A DNA stretch of 64,000 nucleotides from Candidatus Latescibacterota bacterium (GTDB lineage Bacteria; Latescibacterota; UBA2968; GCA-2709665). The stretch covers positions 512,001 to 576,000 of the forward strand of contig OZ252100.1 in the NCBI GenBank assembly GCA_965248435.1. The letters are read 5' to 3'. Positions 38,907 to 48,370 of the stretch are shown here, piece by piece (the stretch's first letter is position 1; every line of letters begins with the position of its first letter). A program made the translations under genes and the position numbers. A model generated the notes under the pieces. The model saw only the letters and a list, made by a program, of their open reading frames with translations. It had not been told where the DNA came from and did no database searches.

Positions 38907-39962
38907 TCAACGAGATACGGGCTTTCCAATTCGTGCGTGAAAGGCCCTGAGCTGAATCCCTGGAAGCACCGCTTCCCAACTGGCGAGCATCTCCTCCACT
39001 TCAGGGCCGACTCGGGCTGTCGTCTTGGATAGCGTAACGAAGAGCTCAGCCAGACGCGATCTTTGATTTTGATCCGCGTTTTGCCAGGCGAGCTGAGCCC
39101 GTTCCGCCAGTTCCCGGATCCGAATCATATCCATGGTCCCCAGGATGGAGACCACCAGGCGGTTCACCTGCTCGTAATTCTCATCTTCTTCGAGGAGACA
39201 ACTCAGAATGGCGTCCATCAGTCGCGACGAAACGCCCTCCTCCTCAATCCGCGACTCGAGGACGCCCACCAGCACTCGCTTCCTCTCGCGGCGCCTGATC
39301 CCAGACCAGATCGCGTCATAAGTTCGTGTGACCTCCTCGTCGACACGAATGAGGCAATCGAAGAGTACCTCCTGAGGGAAGACACGAAGGAGAGGCAAGA
39401 GTCTTGAATCGTCGTCCAGCTCATCGGCCATCAAACACGAAATCACCGCCCCCACCATGCCGGGATCTTCGCCAAGCCGTCTAAGGACACAAGCTTCCAC
39501 CGACGGGGCCGCCCCCTTGAGATAGAGGCGCACGAGGGACTGCAGGCCTTTTTCGGAAGCGGGCACGCTGAGAACGGCCTCCGTGGCGACCCCGGGGTAG
39601 CCGTGGCGCAATAGCGAATGCGCGATTTCTGTATCCTTCAACGCGAACGTGATCGCCTTGACCACGATCGGGTCTCTCTCCTCAGATGCGCACGTCTTGA
39701 GGACCTCTGCGATCTCGAAAAAGGTCTCTACCGCGCCGTGAAATCCGAGCACCTGTGCAGCGGTTGCACGCCACGCAGGGTGTTCGGCGTGCTTAACATA
39801 ATCGCAGAGAACGTGCGCAGTCCGCTGGCGCATCGGGAGACGTTTCAGTTCAGACACGGCCCGCATCCGCAGGACCGCGGGACCCGCCTCAGAAGCGTTA
39901 CGAACAAGCTCCAGGGTTGCATCCTCGGAAGCGGCCTCTTTCTGAAGCTCAGGAGTAATCAA
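38907..39962 (-). CDS. Hypothetical all-helical/HEAT-like protein
   Basis: Long ORF continuing the kinase/regulator operon; WRATAAQVLG and ERDPIVVKAI HEAT-like segments. Confidence 0.65.
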   Translation of the reverse strand: MITPELQKEAASEDATLELVRNASEAGPAVLRMRAVSELKRLPMRQRTAHVLCDYVKHAEHPAWRATAAQVLGFHGAVETFFEIAEVLKTCASEERDPIVVKAITFALKDTEIAHSLLRHGYPGVATEAVLSVPASEKGLQSLVRLYLKGAAPSVEACVLRRLGEDPGMVGAVISCLMADELDDDSRLLPLLRVFPQEVLFDCLIRVDEEVTRTYDAIWSGIRRRERKRVLVGVLESRIEEEGVSSRLMDAILSCLLEEDENYEQVNRLVVSILGTMDMIRIRELAERAQLAWQNADQNQRSRLAELFVTLSKTTARVGPEVEEMLASWEAVLPGIQLRAFHARIGKPVSR

Positions 39963-39972
39963 AGTCGACCTT

Positions 39973-40641
39973 TCAGTTCGCCGAACCGGTCTCGCGACTC
40001 AGATCCAGCATTTCGACGCCCTCTAGATACGCCGTGCCCCCCCAGGAGGCCAGCTTGGAGATCCGCTCCAGAACCTCCTTCACTCTCTGGCACGAATCCG
40101 AAATTCTCTCCAGTGCTTCCAGCCCCTCAGGATGTTCGCCCAGAAAACCCCTGAGCCTGAGGAGATCTGCGCTGCCCAGGATCACCATAAGGGGGTTGTT
40201 GATTTCGTGGTTGGCGGAGACGATCGTTGCCAGTACGCCCCTGAGTCGCTCGTTCTCCTGCCAGGAGAAGAAGTTCCGGAGTCTGTAGCGCAGGATCTGT
40301 ACCCTGTCCGGCCTCAGAATATCCTTGCTCATGTAGTCGACCACGCCTTCGCTCAGACCTTTTTCTTCGTCAGCGAGCGTGTCCTTCACCGTCAAGAAGA
40401 TTACGGGAATGTTGGAGGTGCGGTCTTCCGAACGGATACGCTCGAGGACTTCGTACCCGCTCATGCCGGGCATATGCACATCGAGCAGGACCAGGTCGGG
40501 GATTTCGGTCCGCAGCAGTTCCAGGGCCCCCGGCCCTCGGTCGGCCGTCAAGACTCGGTAGCCCTCCTCCGAAAGCACGGGCTTCAGGTAGATCACTGTG
40601 GAGGGATCATCGTCTACGATCATCACAATTTTTTCAGCCAA
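39973..40641 (-). CDS. Response regulator receiver + HisKA (DHp) domain, no HATPase
   Basis: IVDDD, LLDVHMP, then ANHEINNPL and a short tail; gaggagg RBS before TTG. Confidence 0.85.
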   Translation of the reverse strand: MAEKIVMIVDDDPSTVIYLKPVLSEEGYRVLTADRGPGALELLRTEIPDLVLLDVHMPGMSGYEVLERIRSEDRTSNIPVIFLTVKDTLADEEKGLSEGVVDYMSKDILRPDRVQILRYRLRNFFSWQENERLRGVLATIVSANHEINNPLMVILGSADLLRLRGFLGEHPEGLEALERISDSCQRVKEVLERISKLASWGGTAYLEGVEMLDLSRETGSAN

Positions 40642-40751
40642 GGATAGGCACCTCCTCGTTCGTTGGTTGGAAATCAGATAAAATCGCATCTCGTATCCAA
40701 AGCAATCTCATCAGCGGGATGCCTCCAACGAGATACGAGATATGTTCCCTT

Positions 40752-42077
40752 TTAATCCGCAATTCGCATCGGTAGGCGAAGCAAAACCGATGTTCCGTTC
40801 ACTTTTCCATCACCGACCTCGACCTCTCCCCCGTGAGCGAGTGCAACGTGCCTGCAGATGGCGAGCCCAAGCCCCAGGCCGGAGGGTCGGCCTTCGTCCT
40901 TCCTCACCTGGTAAAACTTGCCCAATACACGCTCGCGCTCCGATTCCGGAATCCCTGGTCCCGTGTCTGTCACACAAATCCAGACTCGTTCCGAGTCCCC
41001 ATCCCCGCGAACAACGACCTCTCCCCCCCGGGGCGTAAACTTGATGGCATTGTCCACCAGATTTCCCAGGACCTGAGTGAGGCGACGTTCGTCACCCACG
41101 AAACTGATATCCTGCTCTGGTGACAGCGTAAGAAACCGAAGGCCTTTCTCGAGGGCCCGATCCCGGAAGGCCAGGTCTGCTCCGGCGATCAAGAACTGGA
41201 GGGAAACACGATCCTTCGGCCTCACAGACATCGGATCCTGCTCCAGTCTTGCAAGGAGAAGCATATCGTCCACCATGGCGCTCAGGTGAGAAGCGGCCGT
41301 CCGGGCCAGGCAAAGCCCTTTTGCTTCCTCCTCGCAAGAGTGATCCAGAAAACGCTCGACCGTCATCAAGGGTTTTTTGAGTTCATGCCGAATCATAGAG
41401 AAGAATTCCTCTCTCATTCGTTCGGTCTTCGCCTCCATCTCGCGCCGGTGCGTGATGTCCTGCAGGGTGATCACGGCCCCCCCGTCGCTTCCGGCGACGT
41501 GAAACGGACCTGAGACGACCTCGAGGGGCCGTTCCAGTTCCACCTCGGTGCAAACGTCGTGTTCCAGGATCTCATCAAGACACAGCCCCAGCTTCTTGCA
41601 GATACCCGCTTCCCTATCCTCCGTGCCTATCCCCAGCATGTCGCTCGCCAGGGCGTTGACCTTCAGCAGCTGGCCGTACCGATCCAGGAGAAGGACACCG
41701 ACAGGAACCAACTCCAGGATGGCGGAAACCTCCTGCCGGGTCACTGCCAGCCTTTCCCGGATTCGAGCCAGCGTTTCGAGCTCGAGCACCTGCTGTCTGA
41801 TGGCCCCCTCTTCACCCCTGTGGGCCGCTGCCAGGGAAGCAACCTCGTGGTAGATCCCATCCTCCGGCTTGAACAGAAACCTCCCGTCTCGGGCCGAGAG
41901 GACCCCACAGCGGCAAAGGTCATTCAGGGCTTCGTTCAGCGGTTCCAGGTCCGAATCGAAACGGGAAACAAGCTGCGGGGCCTCCGCTTCCAGGAAGGGA
42001 TTCTCATAAAAAGCGGAGATCATCCGATCCTTCAGACCGGCCCGGTCTGGATCCAGACGCTTTAGCAATGGATTCAT
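40752..42077 (-). CDS. Soluble PAS histidine kinase with wHTH-like N-terminus
   Basis: PVGVLLLD..G.....N PAS, RHELKKPL, NLVDNAIKFT, DTGPGI, GLGLGL; no TM segment. Confidence 0.88.
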   Translation of the reverse strand: MNPLLKRLDPDRAGLKDRMISAFYENPFLEAEAPQLVSRFDSDLEPLNEALNDLCRCGVLSARDGRFLFKPEDGIYHEVASLAAAHRGEEGAIRQQVLELETLARIRERLAVTRQEVSAILELVPVGVLLLDRYGQLLKVNALASDMLGIGTEDREAGICKKLGLCLDEILEHDVCTEVELERPLEVVSGPFHVAGSDGGAVITLQDITHRREMEAKTERMREEFFSMIRHELKKPLMTVERFLDHSCEEEAKGLCLARTAASHLSAMVDDMLLLARLEQDPMSVRPKDRVSLQFLIAGADLAFRDRALEKGLRFLTLSPEQDISFVGDERRLTQVLGNLVDNAIKFTPRGGEVVVRGDGDSERVWICVTDTGPGIPESERERVLGKFYQVRKDEGRPSGLGLGLAICRHVALAHGGEVEVGDGKVNGTSVLLRLPMRIAD

Positions 42078-42408
42078 GGAGGTGAGCAAATAGGAAAAAA
42101 GGAGGGCCGGAAGGCGACTCCAGGGGGAGATGGAGGGGCTGCCAGAGGCAGCGCGTGGAGCGTGCAGGGTGAAAAACGATGAGGCATCAACTCCAGAAAC
42201 TATAGAGGAATGAGTGAATATACGGCCGCCAAGACGGCGAAGACAAGGGCGAAAAACCATTCGGAACATCAGACCCGCCCGGCCCGAATTTGGGAAGGCC
42301 GGGTCCTGCGAGGTGCGAACTTCCGGGGTGGATTCTTCGCGGATTTCTTAACCGGTTGACCCTCAGTTCCTTAACCGAACCCACACCGAAAAGCGGCCAA
42401 ATTTTCCC

Positions 42409-42462
42409 TTGACAGCCCCACATTTTGTATTATAATTGTGTTTGCCCCACAATATAAGGGTC
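42409..42462 (+). promoter_or_regulatory. nrdR-nrdJ promoter with tandem NrdR boxes
   Basis: TTGACA-16 nt-TATAAT; boxes gccCcAcATtTtGtat (42415) and ccaCaAtATaagGgtc (42447), 32 bp apart. Confidence 0.75.
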
Positions 42463-42521
42463 CTTACCACCCTTTATCTGTCGAATTTTCTTAAGGTGGG
42501 AGGTCGCTCTGGAGAATTTTT

Positions 42522-42980
42522 ATGAGGTGTCCCTATTGCGAAGGGCTGGATGACAAGGTCGTAGATTCCAGGTCCAGCAAGGAAGGGATGGCGATCAGGA
42601 GACGCAGAGAATGCCTGAATTGTGGGCGGCGCTACACGACTTATGAATACATCGAACACACGCCTCTCACAGTCATTAAATCCGACGGCAGGCGAGAACC
42701 CTTCGACAGGAACAAGCTCTTTGTAAAAATCCAGCTCGCCTGTAACAAGCGACCGATATCCACCTCTCAGATCGAGGAGGTCGTGGATCGCATCGAAGGG
42801 CAACTGACTGGCCTGGGGGAACGTGAGCTCGAGGCAAATGCCCACATCGGTGAGCGAGTGATGACCGAGCTGAAGAACCTGGATGAGGTGGCCTACGTGA
42901 GGTTTGCCTCGGTCTATCGTCAATTCAAGGATCTTAGAGACTTCGAAAAGGAACTCCGTCAGCTCGGTTCGCTAACATAG
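42522..42980 (+). CDS. nrdR: Transcriptional repressor NrdR
   Basis: [30 protein letters not shown] cone, [10 protein letters not shown]. Confidence 0.97.
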   Translation: MRCPYCEGLDDKVVDSRSSKEGMAIRRRRECLNCGRRYTTYEYIEHTPLTVIKSDGRREPFDRNKLFVKIQLACNKRPISTSQIEEVVDRIEGQLTGLGERELEANAHIGERVMTELKNLDEVAYVRFASVYRQFKDLRDFEKELRQLGSLT

Positions 42981-43166
42981 CTATCCAGACTCGCGAGCGC
43001 TGGCTGACGGCCCTTCGCATCCCCCTCCCTAGTCCCCTTCTCTCTAGCTGCACCTTTTTCGTCTCGCCAGCACCCTTCGCCCCCTGAAGGTGGTGTCTTC
43101 TCTATCCGTAGAACCTAGTGGTCGATTGCCCTCAAAACCCTGCCTAACTCTGGAGGTCAAGCGGTT

Positions 43167-46100
43167 ATGAAGTTTGCTCGCAGATACACCAGGCCCGACC
43201 AGAACCCCCTCGATCAAGTCGCCGTGGAAACACGAACGACGGTCATAACGAATCCCGATGGCTCGGAAGTCTTCCGAATGGAAAACCTCGAGGCACCTAA
43301 CTCGTGGTCCCAACTGGCATCGGATATCATGGCATCCAAGTATTTCAGGAAGAGAGGGGTGCCGAAGACGGGCCACGAGACCTCCGTTACACAAGTAGTC
43401 AATCGCCTGGCACGCACGATTCGAAAAACGGGAGACGAGCAGGGCGGGTATTTCGACAGTCAGGATGATGCGGACACATTTGAGGCTGAATTGGCTTATC
43501 ACCTTGTGCATCAAATGGGCGCCTTCAACTCTCCGACCTGGTTCAACTGCGGTCTTTACCACGAATACGGAATCAGGGGAAACGAAGGAAACTGGCATTG
43601 GGATCGGAAAAGAGACCGAGTCATCGAAGGCAAGGACTCCTACGCTCATCCCCAGTGTTCGGCGTGTTACATCCAGTCCGTCGATGACGACCTCATGCAG
43701 ATATTCGACCTCCTAAAAAGCGAAGCAAGACTCTTTAAATATGGCTCAGGGACGGGCACCAACTTTTCCAAAATTCGCGGGAAGATGGAGAAACTTACCG
43801 GAGGCGGTACCTCCTCCGGTCTCATGTCCTTTTTGGAAGTGTTCGACAAAGGCGCGGGGGCGACAAAGTCAGGTGGCATCACGCGCCGCGCCGCCAAGAT
43901 GGTCTGTCTAGACCTGGACCATCCCGAGATCATCGAATTTATCAACTGGAAGGCTGGAGAGGAGAGCAAAGCGGCTGCGCTGATACGAGGCGGGTACAGC
44001 TCCGACTTCAACGGCGAGGCCTACAAGACCGTGTCAGGCCAAAACTCTAACAATTCTATCCGCATCCCCGACGAATTCATGAAGGCCTACTTCGACGATG
44101 GCGAGTGGTCGACGCGGTTGCGCACAACGGGCGAAATCCACAAAACCTACAAGGCGCGAGACCTGATGCACCAAATCAGTCAGGCGGCTTGGGCGTGCGC
44201 GGATCCGGGTATTCAGCTCGACACAACGATCAACAAGTGGCACACCTGCCCAAACACAGATCGCATCAACAGTTCCAATCCCTGTTCCGAATATATGTTT
44301 CTCGACAACAGTGCCTGTAACCTGGCATCTATCAATCTCACAAAATTCCTTGGAGAAGACGGAAGTTTCGACGTCCAAGGGTTCCGGCACGCCTGCCGGA
44401 TCTTTTTCGTGGCCCAGGAAATCCTGATCAGCTTCTCCTCCTATCCAACCAAAAAGATCGCTCAGAACAGCCACGACTACCGGCCGCTGGGGCTTGGGTA
44501 CGCCAACCTGGGAACGCTCTTGATGATCCTGGGACTACCCTACGACAGCTCTGAGGGAAGGGCCATCTGCGCTGCCATTACCGCCATTATGTGTGGGCGT
44601 GCCTACGCAACCTCGGCGGAGATGGCCGCGGACAAAGGGCCGTTCCCGGGGTATGCGAGAAACATAGATCCCATGTTGAGCGTGATGAACATGCATCGAG
44701 ACGCTGCATACGAACTCGATGAAACAGCTTGTCCGCAGGATCTCTTGAAGGCTGCGCACGAGGACTGGGATCTGGCACTGAAGCTGGGCAGAGCCCACGG
44801 TTACAGGAATGCTCAGGCAACCGTCATCGCCCCGACCGGCACAATCGGGCTGCTCATGGATTGTGATACGACTGGAATCGAACCCGACTTTGCACTGATC
44901 AAGTTCAAGAAACTGGCCGGCGGCGGCTACTTCAAGATCGTCAACACGAGCGTCCCGAGGGCGCTCGAACAACTCGGGTACACAGATGTGCAGATTCGGG
45001 AAATCATTTCATACATCTGCGGGTCGCTTTCACTTGAGAACGCTCCACACATAAACATCGACACCCTCAAGGGAAAGGGTCTGACAGAAGAGGACCTTGA
45101 GAAGGTCCAGAAAACGCTTCCCACGATTTTCGATCTCTCCTTTGCGTTTTCAACCTTCAACCTGGGCGGCGAAACGATTCGGCGCCTTGGGTTCAGCCCC
45201 GAAGAGACTCACAAGGTGGGGTTCAGCGTCTTAAGCGAGCTCGGATTTAGCGACACGGAAATTCGGGAAGCCAACGATGTTATCTGTGGCAGAATGACGA
45301 TCGAGGGTGCGCCACACGTGAAAGAGGAGCATCTCCCGATTTTCGATTGCGCCAACAAGTGTGGTAGGTACGGCAAGCGGTTTATCGCGCCCATGGCCCA
45401 CGTCACGATGATGGCGGCAGCCCAGAAATTTATCTGCGGAGCGATTTCGAAAACCATCAATGTCCCCCAAGAAACCACCGCCCAGGAAATCGAAGACCTA
45501 TACATAGAAGGTTGGCGGTTGGGCCTTAAAGCGGCGGCCATCTATAGGGACGGTTCCAAGGGTTCCCAACCACTAAACACTTCTACCGAAGACAAAGAGG
45601 CTAAGCCCGAAGGGAAGGCGACCAGGGCTGAGGAAATCGAAGCGCCTGCTGAAGAAACGCACCGTGCCATTCGGCGTCGTCTCCCACTCAAGCGACAGGG
45701 CTTCACACAAGAGGCGAAGGTGGCGGGCCACAAGGTCTTCCTCCGTACCGGCGAGTACAAAGACGGAGCCTTGGGAGAGATCTTCATCGACATGCACAAA
45801 GAGGGTGCGCCCTTCCGGAGCATGCTGAACTGCTTTGCCATGGCCATCTCTAAAGGATTGCAGTACGGCGTTCCCCTTAACGAGTTTGTCGACTTCTTCA
45901 CCTTCACACGATTCGAACCCTGGGGAACCGTAGACCACCCCAATATCAAGTTTTCCACGTCCATAATCGACTACGTCTTTCGGGTTCTTGGATACGAATA
46001 CCTGGGGCGAACGGACTTCCTCCAGGTCAAACCCGAAGACCTGGCACCGGACATCGACGCTACACACTCGGATGACGAGACCCGCGATGCGGAAACACCG

Positions 46101-46424
46101 GCTTCAGCTGATTCACGCGCAGCGTCGAACGGCTCCGCACCCGCCCAGGAAGCTGGGCCCGCCATCACACTTCCCCCGTCCGAGACCCGTGCACCCGAGA
46201 CCCAGGGCAACGGTAGTCTGCCACCAACGAACGGCTCCAATACACACAAAGCGAAAGCGCCACAACATCAGGGCCAGGTACAGACTCGGACGTCGACGCT
46301 GGACGAGCAGCTTTCTCACATGATGGGAGACGCCCCGTTCTGCGATACGTGCGGTCACATTACCGTGCGCAACGGCTCCTGCTATCGATGTCTGAACTGC
46401 GGAAGTTCAGTCGGCTGCTCGTAA
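43167..46424 (+). CDS. nrdJ: Vitamin B12-dependent class II ribonucleotide reductase with TSCPD domain and Zn ribbon
   Basis: FNSPTWFN, PQCSAC, TRRAAKM, NPCSEY, APTGTI, IYRDGSK, GEIFIDMHKEG, C-terminal CxxC..CxxC. Confidence 0.95.
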   Translation: MKFARRYTRPDQNPLDQVAVETRTTVITNPDGSEVFRMENLEAPNSWSQLASDIMASKYFRKRGVPKTGHETSVTQVVNRLARTIRKTGDEQGGYFDSQDDADTFEAELAYHLVHQMGAFNSPTWFNCGLYHEYGIRGNEGNWHWDRKRDRVIEGKDSYAHPQCSACYIQSVDDDLMQIFDLLKSEARLFKYGSGTGTNFSKIRGKMEKLTGGGTSSGLMSFLEVFDKGAGATKSGGITRRAAKMVCLDLDHPEIIEFINWKAGEESKAAALIRGGYSSDFNGEAYKTVSGQNSNNSIRIPDEFMKAYFDDGEWSTRLRTTGEIHKTYKARDLMHQISQAAWACADPGIQLDTTINKWHTCPNTDRINSSNPCSEYMFLDNSACNLASINLTKFLGEDGSFDVQGFRHACRIFFVAQEILISFSSYPTKKIAQNSHDYRPLGLGYANLGTLLMILGLPYDSSEGRAICAAITAIMCGRAYATSAEMAADKGPFPGYARNIDPMLSVMNMHRDAAYELDETACPQDLLKAAHEDWDLALKLGRAHGYRNAQATVIAPTGTIGLLMDCDTTGIEPDFALIKFKKLAGGGYFKIVNTSVPRALEQLGYTDVQIREIISYICGSLSLENAPHINIDTLKGKGLTEEDLEKVQKTLPTIFDLSFAFSTFNLGGETIRRLGFSPEETHKVGFSVLSELGFSDTEIREANDVICGRMTIEGAPHVKEEHLPIFDCANKCGRYGKRFIAPMAHVTMMAAAQKFICGAISKTINVPQETTAQEIEDLYIEGWRLGLKAAAIYRDGSKGSQPLNTSTEDKEAKPEGKATRAEEIEAPAEETHRAIRRRLPLKRQGFTQEAKVAGHKVFLRTGEYKDGALGEIFIDMHKEGAPFRSMLNCFAMAISKGLQYGVPLNEFVDFFTFTRFEPWGTVDHPNIKFSTSIIDYVFRVLGYEYLGRTDFLQVKPEDLAPDIDATHSDDETRDAETPASADSRAASNGSAPAQEAGPAITLPPSETRAPETQGNGSLPPTNGSNTHKAKAPQHQGQVQTRTSTLDEQLSHMMGDAPFCDTCGHITVRNGSCYRCLNCGSSVGCS

Positions 46425-46458
46425 ACACGAGTCCGAATCAAACCCACCCCGCCAAATC

Positions 46459-46490
46459 AAAGCGGCCGGACATTCAGTCCGGCCGCTTTT
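46459..46490. terminator. Bidirectional intrinsic terminator
   Basis: aaagcggccggac-attca-gtccggccgctttt. Confidence 0.85.
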
Positions 46491-46520
46491 CTGTACCCGA
46501 TGACCCTGCCCGATCCTTAG

Positions 46521-47144
46521 CTACTCCTCCTCCGACAGCGATCTTGGAAGAAATGAGGTTCGGCCCTGGTGGCACGTCATGCACTTGACCTCCGTTCCGT
46601 CGTGCCCGACAAGCCCTGAAGCGAAGTGATCCATCATGTACTTCGCGATGAGCTTGTGCTCCGTCGGCTCGGCAGGATCCATCCGGCCATCCTCACCCTT
46701 CACGTGGCAGTAGTTACACTTCACGCCCAGAGACTTCGCAACCCCTTTCATGATCACAATGATCTCTTTTCGGGGCATGTGCTCGGACAGGTTCGAGCGC
46801 TTTGCGTCCGTCAGGTCCCTGGGCAGAAAGTGAGCCTTTCCCTGATGGCACGTCACGCAGGTCAGTGAATCCCCTGCGACCGTCTTCAGGCTGTCAACGA
46901 AGTGAATCTTCATGTATTTCGCCGTCTCCTTGAAAGGGGAAGGCTGTTCGAAATCCGGCTTTCCGTCTGGTTTCTCGGCTATGTGGCAGTGCGTGCATTC
47001 CACGCCCAGGGACTTGGCAATCCGCTTCATGTTTTCTTCGCTGGTGTCCAGCACGTGCGGCCCATCCTCGTGCCCGGCGACCTCCACGTTCCAACCGCAC
47101 AACAAGAACAATATTGCGCAGAAACTCAAACCAGTGCCTTTCAT
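46521..47144 (-). CDS. Exported tetraheme c-type cytochrome (PufC-like diheme module, duplicated)
   Basis: Signal peptide; CTHCH, CVTCH, CNYCH, CMTCH; M....KSLGV.C..CH twice. Confidence 0.88.
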   Translation of the reverse strand: MKGTGLSFCAILFLLCGWNVEVAGHEDGPHVLDTSEENMKRIAKSLGVECTHCHIAEKPDGKPDFEQPSPFKETAKYMKIHFVDSLKTVAGDSLTCVTCHQGKAHFLPRDLTDAKRSNLSEHMPRKEIIVIMKGVAKSLGVKCNYCHVKGEDGRMDPAEPTEHKLIAKYMMDHFASGLVGHDGTEVKCMTCHQGRTSFLPRSLSEEE

Positions 47145-47257
47145 ATGCCCTCCTTTGACTCCGAACGTCAAACGATTCTTGACTTTTTGGACTCTTTTCT
47201 CGATATTTCAACGCCTTAGCACGAATTTTCGATCCACTTAAGGGGACCTGACAGAAA

Positions 47258-48346
47258 ATGACCGAGCTTCAGATCCAGAAACTCCTGGGCAGAGAAGAGA
47301 TCGACATCGACCTCCAGGAGATCGCGGCCTACATCGATGACAGGGTCGTGCTCGTCACCGGGGCGGGCGGCTCCGTCGGTTCTGAGCTCTGCCGGCAGAT
47401 CGGCCGGTTCAACCCCAAGCGTCTCCTCCTCCTGGGACGGGGGGAGCAAAGCATCTACGAGATTAACCTGGAATGCAGAACCCGTTCACCCAAACTGACT
47501 GCCACGCCCGTGATCGCAGACATCCGAGACCCCGGGCGACTGCGTCAGGTCTTTGAGGAGCATCGACCCCAGGTCATCTTTCATACGGCTGCCCACAAGC
47601 ATCTTGACATGATCGAGTCTTTCCCCGAGGAAATAGTCAAGAACAACATCATCGGAACCCGAACGGTCTCCCACCTTGCCCACGAGTATGGCGCCGAACG
47701 TTTCGTTATGATCTCAAGCGACAAGGCCGTTCGCCCCGCCTGCGTCTATGGAGCCGGGAAGCGCATCTCCGAGTTCCAAATCGAGGGTCTCGCCCGAGGT
47801 TCCGACACAATTTTTGTCACCGTCAGATTCGGAAACGTTCTGGGTGCAAGAGGCACCGTCGTACCCCTCTTTCAAAAGCAAATTAGAGAAGGCGGCCCTG
47901 TTACTGTCCATCCCGAAGCCACCCGCTATTTCATGACCATTCCTGAGGCAGCCAGACTGGTTGTCCAGAGTGGTGCGATCGGAAAAGACGGGGAGATCTT
48001 CATCTTTGACATGGGTAAGCCCATGCGCATCCTGGAGCTGGCCATCGAGATGATCCGTCTGGCCGGGATGGAGCCGGGCGTTGACATCGCACTCAAGTTC
48101 GTGGACCTCCGGCCGGGAGACAAACTCCACGAGGAGCTTCTTACACAGACTGAAAGCGTCAAGTCGACCCGCCACCGGAAGATCTTCATCGCCGAACCTG
48201 ATAAGGTCGATCCAACATCTTTGGATGAGGCCATCGATGAACTGGGAACCCTTGCCGAGGCTTCCGATCGAATCGGCATTGTCGGAAAGCTGAAAGAAAT
48301 CATACCCGACCTCACGCCCTCGTCCCTCTGGAACGGCCGCGGCTGA
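47258..48346 (+). CDS. CapD/PglF-type nucleotide-sugar 4,6-dehydratase, catalytic domain only
   Basis: LLGRE, TGAGGSVGSE, AAHKH, SSDKAV, YGAGK, VRFGNVLG, RYFMTIPEA, LRPGDKLHEEL. Confidence 0.9.
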   Translation: MTELQIQKLLGREEIDIDLQEIAAYIDDRVVLVTGAGGSVGSELCRQIGRFNPKRLLLLGRGEQSIYEINLECRTRSPKLTATPVIADIRDPGRLRQVFEEHRPQVIFHTAAHKHLDMIESFPEEIVKNNIIGTRTVSHLAHEYGAERFVMISSDKAVRPACVYGAGKRISEFQIEGLARGSDTIFVTVRFGNVLGARGTVVPLFQKQIREGGPVTVHPEATRYFMTIPEAARLVVQSGAIGKDGEIFIFDMGKPMRILELAIEMIRLAGMEPGVDIALKFVDLRPGDKLHEELLTQTESVKSTRHRKIFIAEPDKVDPTSLDEAIDELGTLAEASDRIGIVGKLKEIIPDLTPSSLWNGRG

Positions 48347-48370
48347 TCCCGCCTCCCCCACCCTCCCAGA

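Noticed and set aside
40695-40720. CTGATGAG hammerhead/fluoride-riboswitch-like core on the minus strand
   Set aside because: No GAAA core with stems and no upstream GGCGATG element
42255-42340. gggaagg and ggtgcgaa..tcc fragments resembling a cobalamin riboswitch near nrdJ
   Set aside because: The elements are out of order, there is no B12 box, and they lie upstream of the nrdR promoter
43081-43125. Extra NrdR-box-like sequences directly before nrdJ
   Set aside because: Poor core match and spacing inconsistent with tandem boxes
44940-45330. Insertion in NrdJ as a possible intein
   Set aside because: No C/S...HN splice motifs or LAGLIDADG blocks; it looks like an ordinary class II insertion
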